A DNA stretch of 36,909 bases. It comes from an uncultured Desulfobacteraceae bacterium (GTDB taxonomy: Bacteria > Desulfobacterota > DSM-4660 > Desulfatiglandales > HGW-15). This document shows positions 17,191 through 25,245 of the stretch, piece by piece; positions within the stretch are counted from its first letter, which is position 1; every line of letters starts with the position of its first letter. The position numbers and the translations under genes are program-made. The DNA lies in contig CAYUYB010000001.1 of the NCBI GenBank assembly GCA_964449025.1, forward strand, positions 1-36,909, written 5' to 3'. A model generated the notes under the pieces. It did not search any database. It was given only the letters and a program-made list of their open reading frames with translations, and was not told the DNA's origin.

Positions 17191-17367
17191 TTAAGCGGCG
17201 AAATCGTCTATGTGCGGTGACACCGCACAAAACAGAACGAGCCAGGCGTTTACCCTTTCCCAGACTCGACCTCCTGTCTAAAATCTTCTGTTCTCGCTTA
17301 AGCACTCGGCCCGCGCCTTAGATCCACCTCAAGTAATTAGCATATTACTGATCATTTCGCCTCTTAA
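17191..17367. other. 177-bp element bounded by 14-nt inverted arms (candidate structured ncRNA, leader RNA or MITE-like element)
   Basis: ttaagcggcgaaat (17191-17204) is complementary to atttcgcctcttaa (17354-17367) at 13 of 14 positions. Inside lie a perfect hairpin gtgcggt-gac-accgcac (17212-17228) and a 7-bp pairing of aacagaa (17231-17237) with ttctgtt (17286-17292). No ORF is present. Strand and identity are unresolved. Confidence 0.25.
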
Positions 17368-17581
17368 GAGAGGTCCGCATGGGGCATTAACGTACTTATA
17401 ATAATGCCTAATGTCTTACTTGTTTAGGTGTTCATTAACCGAATTAAACAAAAATTTTAGCATATCGCTTACCAAAAATAAAGTTAATTAAATGGATTTT
17501 CTTGACTTGACGGTATAGCTTATATTTAATGGATTATGAGAGTTCAGCCTTTTCCGAATAACCGGGTGCGCAACTCTTTTT

Positions 17582-18325
17582 ATGGGAGAGGTTATGCCCT
17601 TCATTGCCGGTGATCGTGAGATGAAAGATACCAAACAACTGTATCAACGCCTACGGTATAGCTTTAAAGATCCTGAGCTTTTGGCAAGGGCCTTCCGGCA
17701 CTCTTCATACGTAAATGAACTCAGATCCCCGGACCTTGAAGATAATGAAAGGCTTGAATTCCTAGGGGACGCTGTCCTGGATCTGGCCATCAGCCATACC
17801 CTGATGGATATTTATAAGGAGGCCAGTGAAGGCGATCTGTCCAGATTCAGGGCTATGGTCGTAAATGAAAAGGGCTTGTATCGGGTCGCAACAGATCTGA
17901 AATTGGCAGAATTTTTGCTCCTTGGGAAAGGGGAAGAGCTTACCAAGGGGAGAAGCAAGCCGTCCATCCTGGCCGATACCATGGAATCCCTTTTAGGTGC
18001 GCTTTATCTGGATGCAGGTTTTGATAGGACAAAGGAGATAATACACGGGCTCTTTCTCCCTCTTATTCAAGAGCTTGAATCCGAAAATATGAACTACGAT
18101 TATAAGAGTATATTTCAGGAATATACCCAGGAGGCTTATAAATCCTTGCCTGAATATATAATTACTGAAGAAACCGGCCTTGCCCATGACAAGACCTTCA
18201 AGGTAGCTTTGCTTCTGAATGGTAAGTTAATATCCGAAGGGAAGGGTAAAAGCAAAAAAGAGGCGGAGCAGAGGGCGGCCAAGGAGGCGTTTTTGTGTCT
18301 TTCAGAACATCAAGACGAACCTTGA
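17582..18325 (+). CDS. rnc: Ribonuclease III
   Basis: The RNase III signature NERLEFLGDAVLDLAIS is present, with ...ADTMESLLGALYLD. A C-terminal dsRBD is also present (DYKSIFQEYTQ...PEYII....G.AHDK.F.V......G.GKSKKEAEQRAAKEA). Confidence 0.94.
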   Translation: MGEVMPFIAGDREMKDTKQLYQRLRYSFKDPELLARAFRHSSYVNELRSPDLEDNERLEFLGDAVLDLAISHTLMDIYKEASEGDLSRFRAMVVNEKGLYRVATDLKLAEFLLLGKGEELTKGRSKPSILADTMESLLGALYLDAGFDRTKEIIHGLFLPLIQELESENMNYDYKSIFQEYTQEAYKSLPEYIITEETGLAHDKTFKVALLLNGKLISEGKGKSKKEAEQRAAKEAFLCLSEHQDEP

Positions 18326-19332
18326 TTGTACCCATCTTTATCCCCCACCAGGGTTGTCCCCACAAGTGCATCTATTGCCAGCAGGAGAAGATAACAGGAC
18401 AATCGAAGGCCCCGATAAGCACGCGGCATATAACGGACATACTGGATATGGCCATCAAATCGCCGCGATTCTCTTCCAATGGAGAAAGGGAGGTCGCCTT
18501 TTTCGGGGGCTCCTTTACGAGTCTCGGCATAGAGAGGATGACGGAGCTGTTGAAAGCGGTGAAACCCTATTTGACTGAAGGATTTTTCAGGTCGATAAGG
18601 GTGTCCACCAGACCTGACGCAATAGACGTGGAAAGGCTCGAATTGATGAAGTCTTATGGTGTTGCGACTGTCGAACTGGGTGTGCAGTCCTTGAATAACG
18701 AGGTCCTCATGCTTTCTAAGAGGGGGCATACCGTTGCCCATACCGAGGAGGCCGCGGAGCTGCTAAAGCGATTCGGTTTTAGGATGGGTGTCCAGTTAAT
18801 GCCTGGATTGCCTGGGGATTCCGAGGAGATATTTTTACAGACCGTGAGGAAGGTTGTTGAATTACGGCCTGCTATGGCCAGGCTTTATCCGGCTGTTGTT
18901 ATTGCCGGCACGGAACTGGCTGACTGGTACAACCATAAAAGGTACAGGCCTTTGGCACTTGAAGATGCGATCAAGATATGCGGAGAGAGCTGTATTCTCT
19001 TGGAGGAGAGAGGGATACGCGTAATAAGGATTGGTCTAATGTCCTCTCCCTCCCTGCTCGAGCAAGGAACGATCCTGGCTGGTCCCTGGCACTGTGCGTT
19101 CGGATTTCTGGTCAGATACTGGATACATCAGAAAAGAATTGAGCGTTTTCTGCCCGGACCTGGAGAATCCTCAAATATAGGTATCAGGGCGCCACACAGG
19201 GAAATCCCGCTCGTAAGGGGTTATAAAAACCAGGGAATAAGATGGATGGAGAACAGGACCGGAGCCAAGGTCGAATATGTCAGGCGTGATGACTTTGTCC
19301 AGGATGGCCGGATCGAGGTTGATTTGCTTTGA
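18295..19332 (+). CDS. Radical SAM protein (ELP3/COG1243-like core, no acetyltransferase domain)
   Basis: PIFIPHQGCPHKCIYCQQ supplies the CxxxCxxC cluster motif right at the N-terminus. A TIM-barrel-like region follows (VAFFGGSFT, VELGVQS). The start is either GTG 18295 (31-nt overlap with rnc) or TTG 18322, which overlaps the rnc stop as TTGA. Confidence 0.78.
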   Translation: MSFRTSRRTLIVPIFIPHQGCPHKCIYCQQEKITGQSKAPISTRHITDILDMAIKSPRFSSNGEREVAFFGGSFTSLGIERMTELLKAVKPYLTEGFFRSIRVSTRPDAIDVERLELMKSYGVATVELGVQSLNNEVLMLSKRGHTVAHTEEAAELLKRFGFRMGVQLMPGLPGDSEEIFLQTVRKVVELRPAMARLYPAVVIAGTELADWYNHKRYRPLALEDAIKICGESCILLEERGIRVIRIGLMSSPSLLEQGTILAGPWHCAFGFLVRYWIHQKRIERFLPGPGESSNIGIRAPHREIPLVRGYKNQGIRWMENRTGAKVEYVRRDDFVQDGRIEVDLL

Positions 19333-19375
19333 TCGGACGAGCCTACCCGGGGAGATAGGCCCTTGGCCTATATTT

Positions 19376-20290
19376 ATGGATATGACGGAAACGCAAACCG
19401 GTGACAACAGATTCCTGTTCGGCTTTATTGCCATTGTTGGTCCCCCTAATGCGGGTAAATCCACCCTCCTGAACCGGTTAATAGGGAAAAAGATCGCCAT
19501 TATAAGCCCGAAACCACAGACGACAAGAAATCGCATCCTGGGCATATATAACGGCAAGAGGTGTCAGATGGCCTTCCTGGATACCCCAGGCATACACAAG
19601 GCGATTACTCCTCTCCATAATAGTATGGTCTCATCCGCTCGGGGGGCCTTGTCCCAAGTGGATGTCATAGTCTTGGTGATTGAAATCTCCCGGCCCTATG
19701 ATCCGCAGATACCGCCCATATTGAAGGATATAAAAGGATGTGGGAAGCCAGTAATCTTGCTTATAAATAAGATCGATACCCGCCCCAAAGGGGATATCCT
19801 GTCGGTACTGGATTATTACTCCGGACAATATTCGTTTGATGAAATAATCCCCGCATCTGCGCTCCTGGGCGATGGTGCAGAGGTACTCCTTGATGTATTG
19901 GTTAAAAGGCTCAAGCCAGGACCTCAATTATTCCCGGATGATATGACAACGGACCAGCCAGAATCATTCCTTGTATCCGAGGTCATAAGGGAGAAGATAT
20001 ACATGAATACAGCAAGAGAAATACCCTATTCGTCAGCCGTTACCGTGGAGGACATGAAAGAGGAACCTGAAAGACGTCTACTGCGCATCTCCGCCATAAT
20101 CCATGTTGAGTCGGATTCTCAAAAGGCGATTATGATCGGCAATAAAGGGGGAAAGATCAAAAAGATAGGCGCGGCCTCACGGGTTGAGCTCGAAGGGATT
20201 TTCGGATCAAGGGTTTACCTGAAACTATTCGTTCGTGTGGATAAACACTGGAGCAGGGATGCAAGGGCCTTGAGAAGATTGGGATACTAA
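19376..20290 (+). CDS. era: GTPase Era
   Basis: I chose ATG 19376 (MDMTETQ...) because the track start 19277 overlaps the preceding gene. The G motifs are present: GPPNAGKSTL (G1), DTPG (G3), NKID (G4). A C-terminal KH domain is present (REKIY...EIPYSSAV.VE...). Confidence 0.94.
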   Translation: MDMTETQTGDNRFLFGFIAIVGPPNAGKSTLLNRLIGKKIAIISPKPQTTRNRILGIYNGKRCQMAFLDTPGIHKAITPLHNSMVSSARGALSQVDVIVLVIEISRPYDPQIPPILKDIKGCGKPVILLINKIDTRPKGDILSVLDYYSGQYSFDEIIPASALLGDGAEVLLDVLVKRLKPGPQLFPDDMTTDQPESFLVSEVIREKIYMNTAREIPYSSAVTVEDMKEEPERRLLRISAIIHVESDSQKAIMIGNKGGKIKKIGAASRVELEGIFGSRVYLKLFVRVDKHWSRDARALRRLGY

Positions 20291-20296
20291 AAAAGA

Positions 20297-20323
20297 AAGC
20301 CAGCCCTTAATTCGGGCTGGCTT
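20297..20323. terminator. GC-rich hairpin between the convergent era and ntrC-like genes (bidirectional intrinsic terminator candidate)
   Basis: aagccagccc-ttaattc-gggctggctt forms a perfect 10-bp stem. An A-run lies on its left (aaaaagaa). On the minus strand that A-run reads as a T-run following the hairpin. Confidence 0.6.
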
Positions 20324-20580
20324 CCCAGGAGGAAAAAGCTTGAAAAAATTGTTATGCTTTATTCTATAAGATATGCAATATCCTTGCCAAAACCTCATTT
20401 TATCGTTTAAAGTCTTTAACTAATTGTTATATATAGATAATTTATCAATCAAGATTTAAGGGATTCAATCGTTTTTTATACAGCCGGTACAAAATTTTAT
20501 ACCACTAGATCATCAAATCCGCACCCTTAGCCATAACTATCTTATCTTATTATATAAAACCAAGTTCAACTTTTTAAACC

Positions 20581-21945
20581 TTATATTGTTATATTGTACT
20601 TTTTCATCTTGTGCTGGAAAAGGCTTTTTGTAATTCCTATCATTTCAGCGGCATGGGACTGCACATTATTGCATTCCTTCAGCGCCCTCCTGATCAATTT
20701 CTCCTCGATCTGGTCAAGTGTCTTTTGAAGGGGGGCATTCAGGGGAATAAATCTCTCGATATCCAACTCCTGTTCTTCACATGATAGGTTGTCAGGTAGA
20801 TCCTCAGGTCTGATCACTCCCCCGGAATTCAGAACCACGGCCCTCTCGATTACATTCTCCAATTCCCTTATATTACCAGGCCAGCTGTAATTATATAGGA
20901 ATTTCCAGGCCTCGGGACTTAATTCGATCCTCTTTTTCTCTTCACCCACTCGATACTTGTCAATAAAGTGATTGACTAAAAGCCTTATATCCTCTCCACG
21001 TTCCCTTAAAGAAGGCACCTCGATATGTATCACATTAAGCCGATAAAACAGGTCTTCCCTGAAAAGGCCCGCTTCCACATCCTCTTTTATATCCCTGTTT
21101 GAAGCGGACAGTATCCTGACATCCACTTTAATTGTCCTTGTCCCTCCCACCCTTTCAAATTGCATCTCCTGGAGCACCCTTAAGAGCTTAACCTGAAGGG
21201 AAGCTGACATCTCGCCGACCTCATCAAGAAAAAGCGTCCCGCTGTCCGCCAGTTCGAACCGTCCCTTCTTCATGGAGATAGCGCCTGTAAAGGCGCCTTT
21301 CTCATGACCGAAGAGTTCGCTCTCCAGCAAAGTCTCTGTCAGGGCGCCGCAGTTTATTGAGACGAAAGGCCGATCTTTCCTAGGGCTGTTATAATGGATT
21401 GCGTTGGCGATAAGCTCCTTACCCGTTCCTGACGGACCGGTTATGAGCACGGAGGCCCTGGATTGGGAAACCTTCCTGATGAGATCGTAAACATTTAACA
21501 TGGGCTTGCTTTTACCGATGATGTTCCCGAATCTATATCGGTCGGAAAGGGCCTCGTTCAGGAGCCGGTTCTCCTTTACAAGCCTGTATTTCTCAAGGGC
21601 CTTTTTAATGGTTAGCTTTAATTCCTCATTCTTGAAGGGCTTAGTGATATAATCATAGGCATCCCTTTTCATGGCCTCCACGGCCATCTCTATTGTCCCG
21701 TAGGCGGTCATTATAATAATGGGCCTTTCACGGTCTATTGTCTTTGCTTCATCCAGGAGTTCTATACCGTTCATGCCGGGCATCTTCATGTCCGTAATAA
21801 CAAGATCCAAATCATAGTCTCTAATCATGCGGAGTGCATCGTGGGCGTTGTCCGCCGTAATAATCTCATAACCCTCATTACCTAGAAGGGCCTCGAGAAC
21901 GACCAAATAGTTTTTTTCGTCATCTACTATCATAATTGTTTCCAT
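20581..21945 (-). CDS. Sigma54-dependent response regulator (NtrC family: REC + AAA+ + Fis-type HTH)
   Basis: The receiver is IMIVDDE...DLVITDMKMPGMNG. The AAA+ domain has Walker A GPSGTGKE and the sigma54-contact loop EKGAFTGA. The C-terminal HTH is NVQSHAAEMIGITKSLFQHKMKKY. Confidence 0.93.
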   Translation of the reverse strand: METIMIVDDEKNYLVVLEALLGNEGYEIITADNAHDALRMIRDYDLDLVITDMKMPGMNGIELLDEAKTIDRERPIIIMTAYGTIEMAVEAMKRDAYDYITKPFKNEELKLTIKKALEKYRLVKENRLLNEALSDRYRFGNIIGKSKPMLNVYDLIRKVSQSRASVLITGPSGTGKELIANAIHYNSPRKDRPFVSINCGALTETLLESELFGHEKGAFTGAISMKKGRFELADSGTLFLDEVGEMSASLQVKLLRVLQEMQFERVGGTRTIKVDVRILSASNRDIKEDVEAGLFREDLFYRLNVIHIEVPSLRERGEDIRLLVNHFIDKYRVGEEKKRIELSPEAWKFLYNYSWPGNIRELENVIERAVVLNSGGVIRPEDLPDNLSCEEQELDIERFIPLNAPLQKTLDQIEEKLIRRALKECNNVQSHAAEMIGITKSLFQHKMKKYNITI

Positions 21946-22004
21946 GGAATAATCCCGTCTCCATATTTTGTGATGGAAATCCGATGCGTTACATTGGCGC
22001 TTAT

Positions 22005-23444
22005 TTAAATTGCCTGCAACTTTTTGGGTAAACGAATAACCACTTTTGTGCCGGCACCCTCTTGACTCTCTATATCTATAGTCCCTTGGTGCCCTTCCAC
22101 GATCTTTCTCACGATAGGCAGACCGAGGCCGCTACCTTTTTCCTTGGTAGTAAAAAAAGGGTTGAATATCTTTTTCATGTTTTCCTTGGTAATACCGCAT
22201 CCGGTATCCTCCACCTCTATGCGGTAACCGCCCTTCTCCTCATCCACGCTCACGGAGATGGACCCGGCATCATCAATAGCCTGTATTGAATTTATGAATA
22301 TGTTCATCAAGGCCCTGTAGAGAAGATCATAGTCAGCCTGCAACTTGAAAGTACGGCTGTTCACTTTATCATTTACAACAATTCCTTTACTTTCAAGTTC
22401 AGAATTAAGAAATGAGATGTTTTTTCTTATAATCTCTTCAAGATAACATTCATGAATATTTAATTTATGTGGACGGGCAAAATCCAGGAATTCAGTTACG
22501 ATTCGATTCAAGCGTATGGATTCCTCTGTAATAACCTTGGAAAGCCGCTTATGTGTTTCATCGCCATTAGGCATACTGGTCAGTAACTCTGAAGTGCTCT
22601 GGATAATGCCAAGAGGATTTTTTATCTCATGCGATACACCCGCGACCATCTCACCCAGCGCCGCTAAACGTTCCGCTAGGTATAGCTGTTCTTCAAGCTC
22701 TCTTTGTTCCAGTGCTCTCCGCCGAATAATCTTCTCGGCGTTATGGACTATTAGGAGGAGTGCGAAAAAGATAAGGGCCATGATCAATATAGAGAGACCG
22801 AATATCAGATACTGGAGTTTTACAATAGCGTTATATTGCGTGGTCATATCCAGAATCACTTCAAAAACACCCGAGACGAATTCTTCTCCTGTGGAAGAAA
22901 GGTACCCTGTCATCGGGATGTATGTCCTTATCTTCTTACCGCCCCCTATCTTTTCAATACCCAATCCCCAGAGGCCATCTCCTTCGGATATCATGGATGA
23001 AGACTGTTCTCCCTCCAGAGCCCTCTTATAACCCTCGGTCTCAACAACCTTCTCTCTTATGAGAGTGGCATCAGTACTGTAGACAACCATACCCTGTTCA
23101 ATGGAATAGAGATTGACCAGATCTACGTCAAGGTCCTTGATGGCGATTTTTACAACTTCGTCCATCAATCTCATTTGTCTCTCATCGCTCAATTTGGATC
23201 CCCCATACTGGATCATAACAGGCAGACTATAATATTGAAAAACCAGATTGTTTAGGTTTTCACCTACTACGCTCGCGTAATCCTCCACATTCTTTAAGAG
23301 TATATCCTTCGCGCCCTGTGAGATAAACACCGCAAAGGGAAAGCTGAAGGCTATCAGAACCAAGAAACTGGCGGTCGCAAAGTATTTAACAAGCCGGAAC
23401 GGCTTGCCTTCGGCTTGTCTTTTCTGCTGCTGTCTTGTATCCAT
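22005..23444 (-). CDS. Sensor histidine kinase (two TM helices, periplasmic sensor domain, HisKA + HATPase_c)
   Basis: The TM helices are FATASFLVLIAFSFPFAVFIS and LIFGLSILIMALIFFALLLIV. The H-box is VSHEIKNPLGII, the N-box is LMNIFINSIQA, and the G-boxes are DTGCGI and GSGLGLPIV. Confidence 0.9.
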   Translation of the reverse strand: MDTRQQQKRQAEGKPFRLVKYFATASFLVLIAFSFPFAVFISQGAKDILLKNVEDYASVVGENLNNLVFQYYSLPVMIQYGGSKLSDERQMRLMDEVVKIAIKDLDVDLVNLYSIEQGMVVYSTDATLIREKVVETEGYKRALEGEQSSSMISEGDGLWGLGIEKIGGGKKIRTYIPMTGYLSSTGEEFVSGVFEVILDMTTQYNAIVKLQYLIFGLSILIMALIFFALLLIVHNAEKIIRRRALEQRELEEQLYLAERLAALGEMVAGVSHEIKNPLGIIQSTSELLTSMPNGDETHKRLSKVITEESIRLNRIVTEFLDFARPHKLNIHECYLEEIIRKNISFLNSELESKGIVVNDKVNSRTFKLQADYDLLYRALMNIFINSIQAIDDAGSISVSVDEEKGGYRIEVEDTGCGITKENMKKIFNPFFTTKEKGSGLGLPIVRKIVEGHQGTIDIESQEGAGTKVVIRLPKKLQAI

Positions 23445-23512
23445 TCCGGATTTGATCCCTGAATTATGTCTTAATGAAAGAGAACCCGATAGTATATTTT
23501 AGCCTATAGCAC

Positions 23513-23537
23513 TGCCAAAATATATAGATTTTTGGCA
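23513..23537. promoter_or_regulatory. Perfect 8-bp inverted repeat TGCCAAAA-N9-TTTTGGCA between the kinase operon and the radical SAM gene (candidate regulator binding site)
   Basis: Read directly from the sequence: tgccaaaa (23513-23520), spacer tatatagat, ttttggca (23530-23537). It lies about 70-90 bp upstream of the kinase start on the minus strand. Confidence 0.3.
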
Positions 23538-23964
23538 ATTTAGGTTTATGTAGATACTCTGGGGCCAGCAATCTTTTTCTGTGATCCAAGCATAACAGAG
23601 TGGCATAGGTATAAGACTCAAGGCATAGGATTGTGTTATATATCTTTAGTGGTTAATAGATAATTTCGCTTCTGCCGTGCGCCTTGAGCTCCGCACCTGA
23701 ATTAATGACCCCCCTACTTCCAACTTGGAACTGCCTTTTCAAAAAGCTGAAATTATATCGATTTGATATATAACATCTATGATCAAAATAGTAAATTCTT
23801 AGTAAGCATTCGTGGGGGGATCTGATATTTCTGGAGGCGACAGTCCTATTCGAGGGGAGCTGTTAGGATTTGACTTAAGGCCATGCTGAATGTAAAAATT
23901 TGGTAATATATAAAGGTTTGTGTGTTTCTTTTTAGGGAGTAGCAGGTATCGCTTCGACACGCAT

Positions 23965-25245
23965 ATGGATATAAAGCATCTACCATATATGTTATACGCT
24001 GACAGAAGAGGCAGGGTATATGAACATCCTTATTACAGGATGGCGGGATTTTCAGGTTCCTCACCGGCCGTTCCAAGGGATGAAGAGCTCATGCCGATGC
24101 CTGGATTGAGCAAGCTCTTTTTTATACCGGATTGTGCCCCCATAGGTCTGGATCCTTCTACTTGGGAATACAAAAGGGTCCCTGAGATTAGAGTTAAAGG
24201 TGCGTTACAAAAGTGCTATGCGGTAGCATCCTTTCTTGAGCCCGGGTTGGTACGAAGTTATCTGCCGGCCGTGGATTACAGTGGCAAATCCTATATCCTG
24301 CCCATGTGGGGATATACGGCGGTGGGCTTTAAAAATAATAATTACTGGACCGCAGGTTTCAGGATCGAATACAATCATAAATGGGACCCCAGAAATTATG
24401 ATGATAAGGTTCTTATTCCGGCCATAGAGGAATACAAAAAGACCGGGATGAGGGGACCTCTTGTGGAGCACCTGGTTAATTGCGCTGTCAACAACCATTG
24501 TTTTGCAGCCAAGAATCTCTTTCTTAGAAGATGGGAAGCCCCGTTGCCGGTCAGCAGGTGGTGCAACGCGCAGTGTATCGGATGCCTCTCACTTCAACCG
24601 GATAATTCGTGCGAAGCCTCACATAACAGGATCTCCTTTAAGCCGGAGAAAGAGGAGATTGTTTCTATTGCCGTGAGGCACCTTGAACAGGCCGAAGAGG
24701 CTATTGTAAGCTTCGGCCAGGGTTGCGAAGGAGAGCCCTTAACGGAGTCTCTCCTGATAACGGAAAGCATCAGGGAGATCAGGGCTAAGACCCCCAAAGG
24801 GACCATCAACCTCAATACGAACGGGAGCATGCCTGAAAGGGTCCGCAAATTGGCTGAAAGCGGTCTGGATTCAATCAGGATAAGTCTTAACAGCGCCCGT
24901 CCAGAGTTTTACACGGCCTATTATCGCCCCAGGGGCTATGATTTTGAGGATGTTGTTGAATCCATAAGTCTGTCCAAGGGTCTCGGCCTTTATACCATGA
25001 TAAACTATCTAGTATTTCCAGGTATCACGGACCAGGAAGATGAGATAGAGGCCCTTATAAGACTCATCAGCAAAACGGGAGTTGATTTTATTCACCTGAA
25101 GAATCTGAATATTGATCCCCAACTATACATGAAAGTGATGCCCGTGAATGATTCAAACGCGGTCGGCATGAGAAAGATGGCCGAGATAATGAAGGAGCAA
25201 TTCCCCGGAATAGAACTGGGTTATTTTAATCAGCCGGTGAGGTGA
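23965..25245 (+). CDS. Radical SAM protein with an uncharacterised ~200-aa N-terminal domain
   Basis: I prefer ATG 23965 (MDIKHLPYMLYADRRGRVYEHPYY...) over the track start 23920. The cluster motif CNAQCIGC (CxxxCxxC) sits about 215 residues in, followed by SFGQGCEGEPL and NTNGS, which are typical of the radical SAM core. Confidence 0.8.
   Translation: MDIKHLPYMLYADRRGRVYEHPYYRMAGFSGSSPAVPRDEELMPMPGLSKLFFIPDCAPIGLDPSTWEYKRVPEIRVKGALQKCYAVASFLEPGLVRSYLPAVDYSGKSYILPMWGYTAVGFKNNNYWTAGFRIEYNHKWDPRNYDDKVLIPAIEEYKKTGMRGPLVEHLVNCAVNNHCFAAKNLFLRRWEAPLPVSRWCNAQCIGCLSLQPDNSCEASHNRISFKPEKEEIVSIAVRHLEQAEEAIVSFGQGCEGEPLTESLLITESIREIRAKTPKGTINLNTNGSMPERVRKLAESGLDSIRISLNSARPEFYTAYYRPRGYDFEDVVESISLSKGLGLYTMINYLVFPGITDQEDEIEALIRLISKTGVDFIHLKNLNIDPQLYMKVMPVNDSNAVGMRKMAEIMKEQFPGIELGYFNQPVR

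Noticed and set aside
17285-17340. Apparent similarity between 17285-17340 and 23660-23715 (shared ttcgctt, gcgcctt, cacct, aatta), which suggests a dispersed repeat.
   Set aside because: The matches are short blocks separated by indels, roughly half the positions. That is within what chance could give in two AT/GC-mixed spacers. A proper alignment would be needed before calling it.
17355-17375. A possible PyrR-binding loop (cctcttaagagagg, containing AGAGAGG) upstream of pyrR.
   Set aside because: The AGAGAGG-containing reading is on the plus strand, which is the wrong strand for the pyrR leader. The flanking UCC...GCU context of the PyrR box is absent, and no terminator/antiterminator pair with a U-tract is visible.
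20330-20580. The AT-rich 250-bp spacer between the convergent era and ntrC-like genes, considered as a possible sRNA locus. It contains a lone TGCCAAAA at about 20385.
   Set aside because: No promoter-plus-terminator pair or stable structure is evident. A single 8-mer match is expected by chance in a window of this size.
23726-23741. A sigma54-like promoter, TGGAAC-tgcct-TTTCA, upstream of the radical SAM gene.
   Set aside because: The -12 element lacks the near-invariant GC (it reads TC). The site is about 225 nt from the start codon. I kept it only as a remark in a finding.
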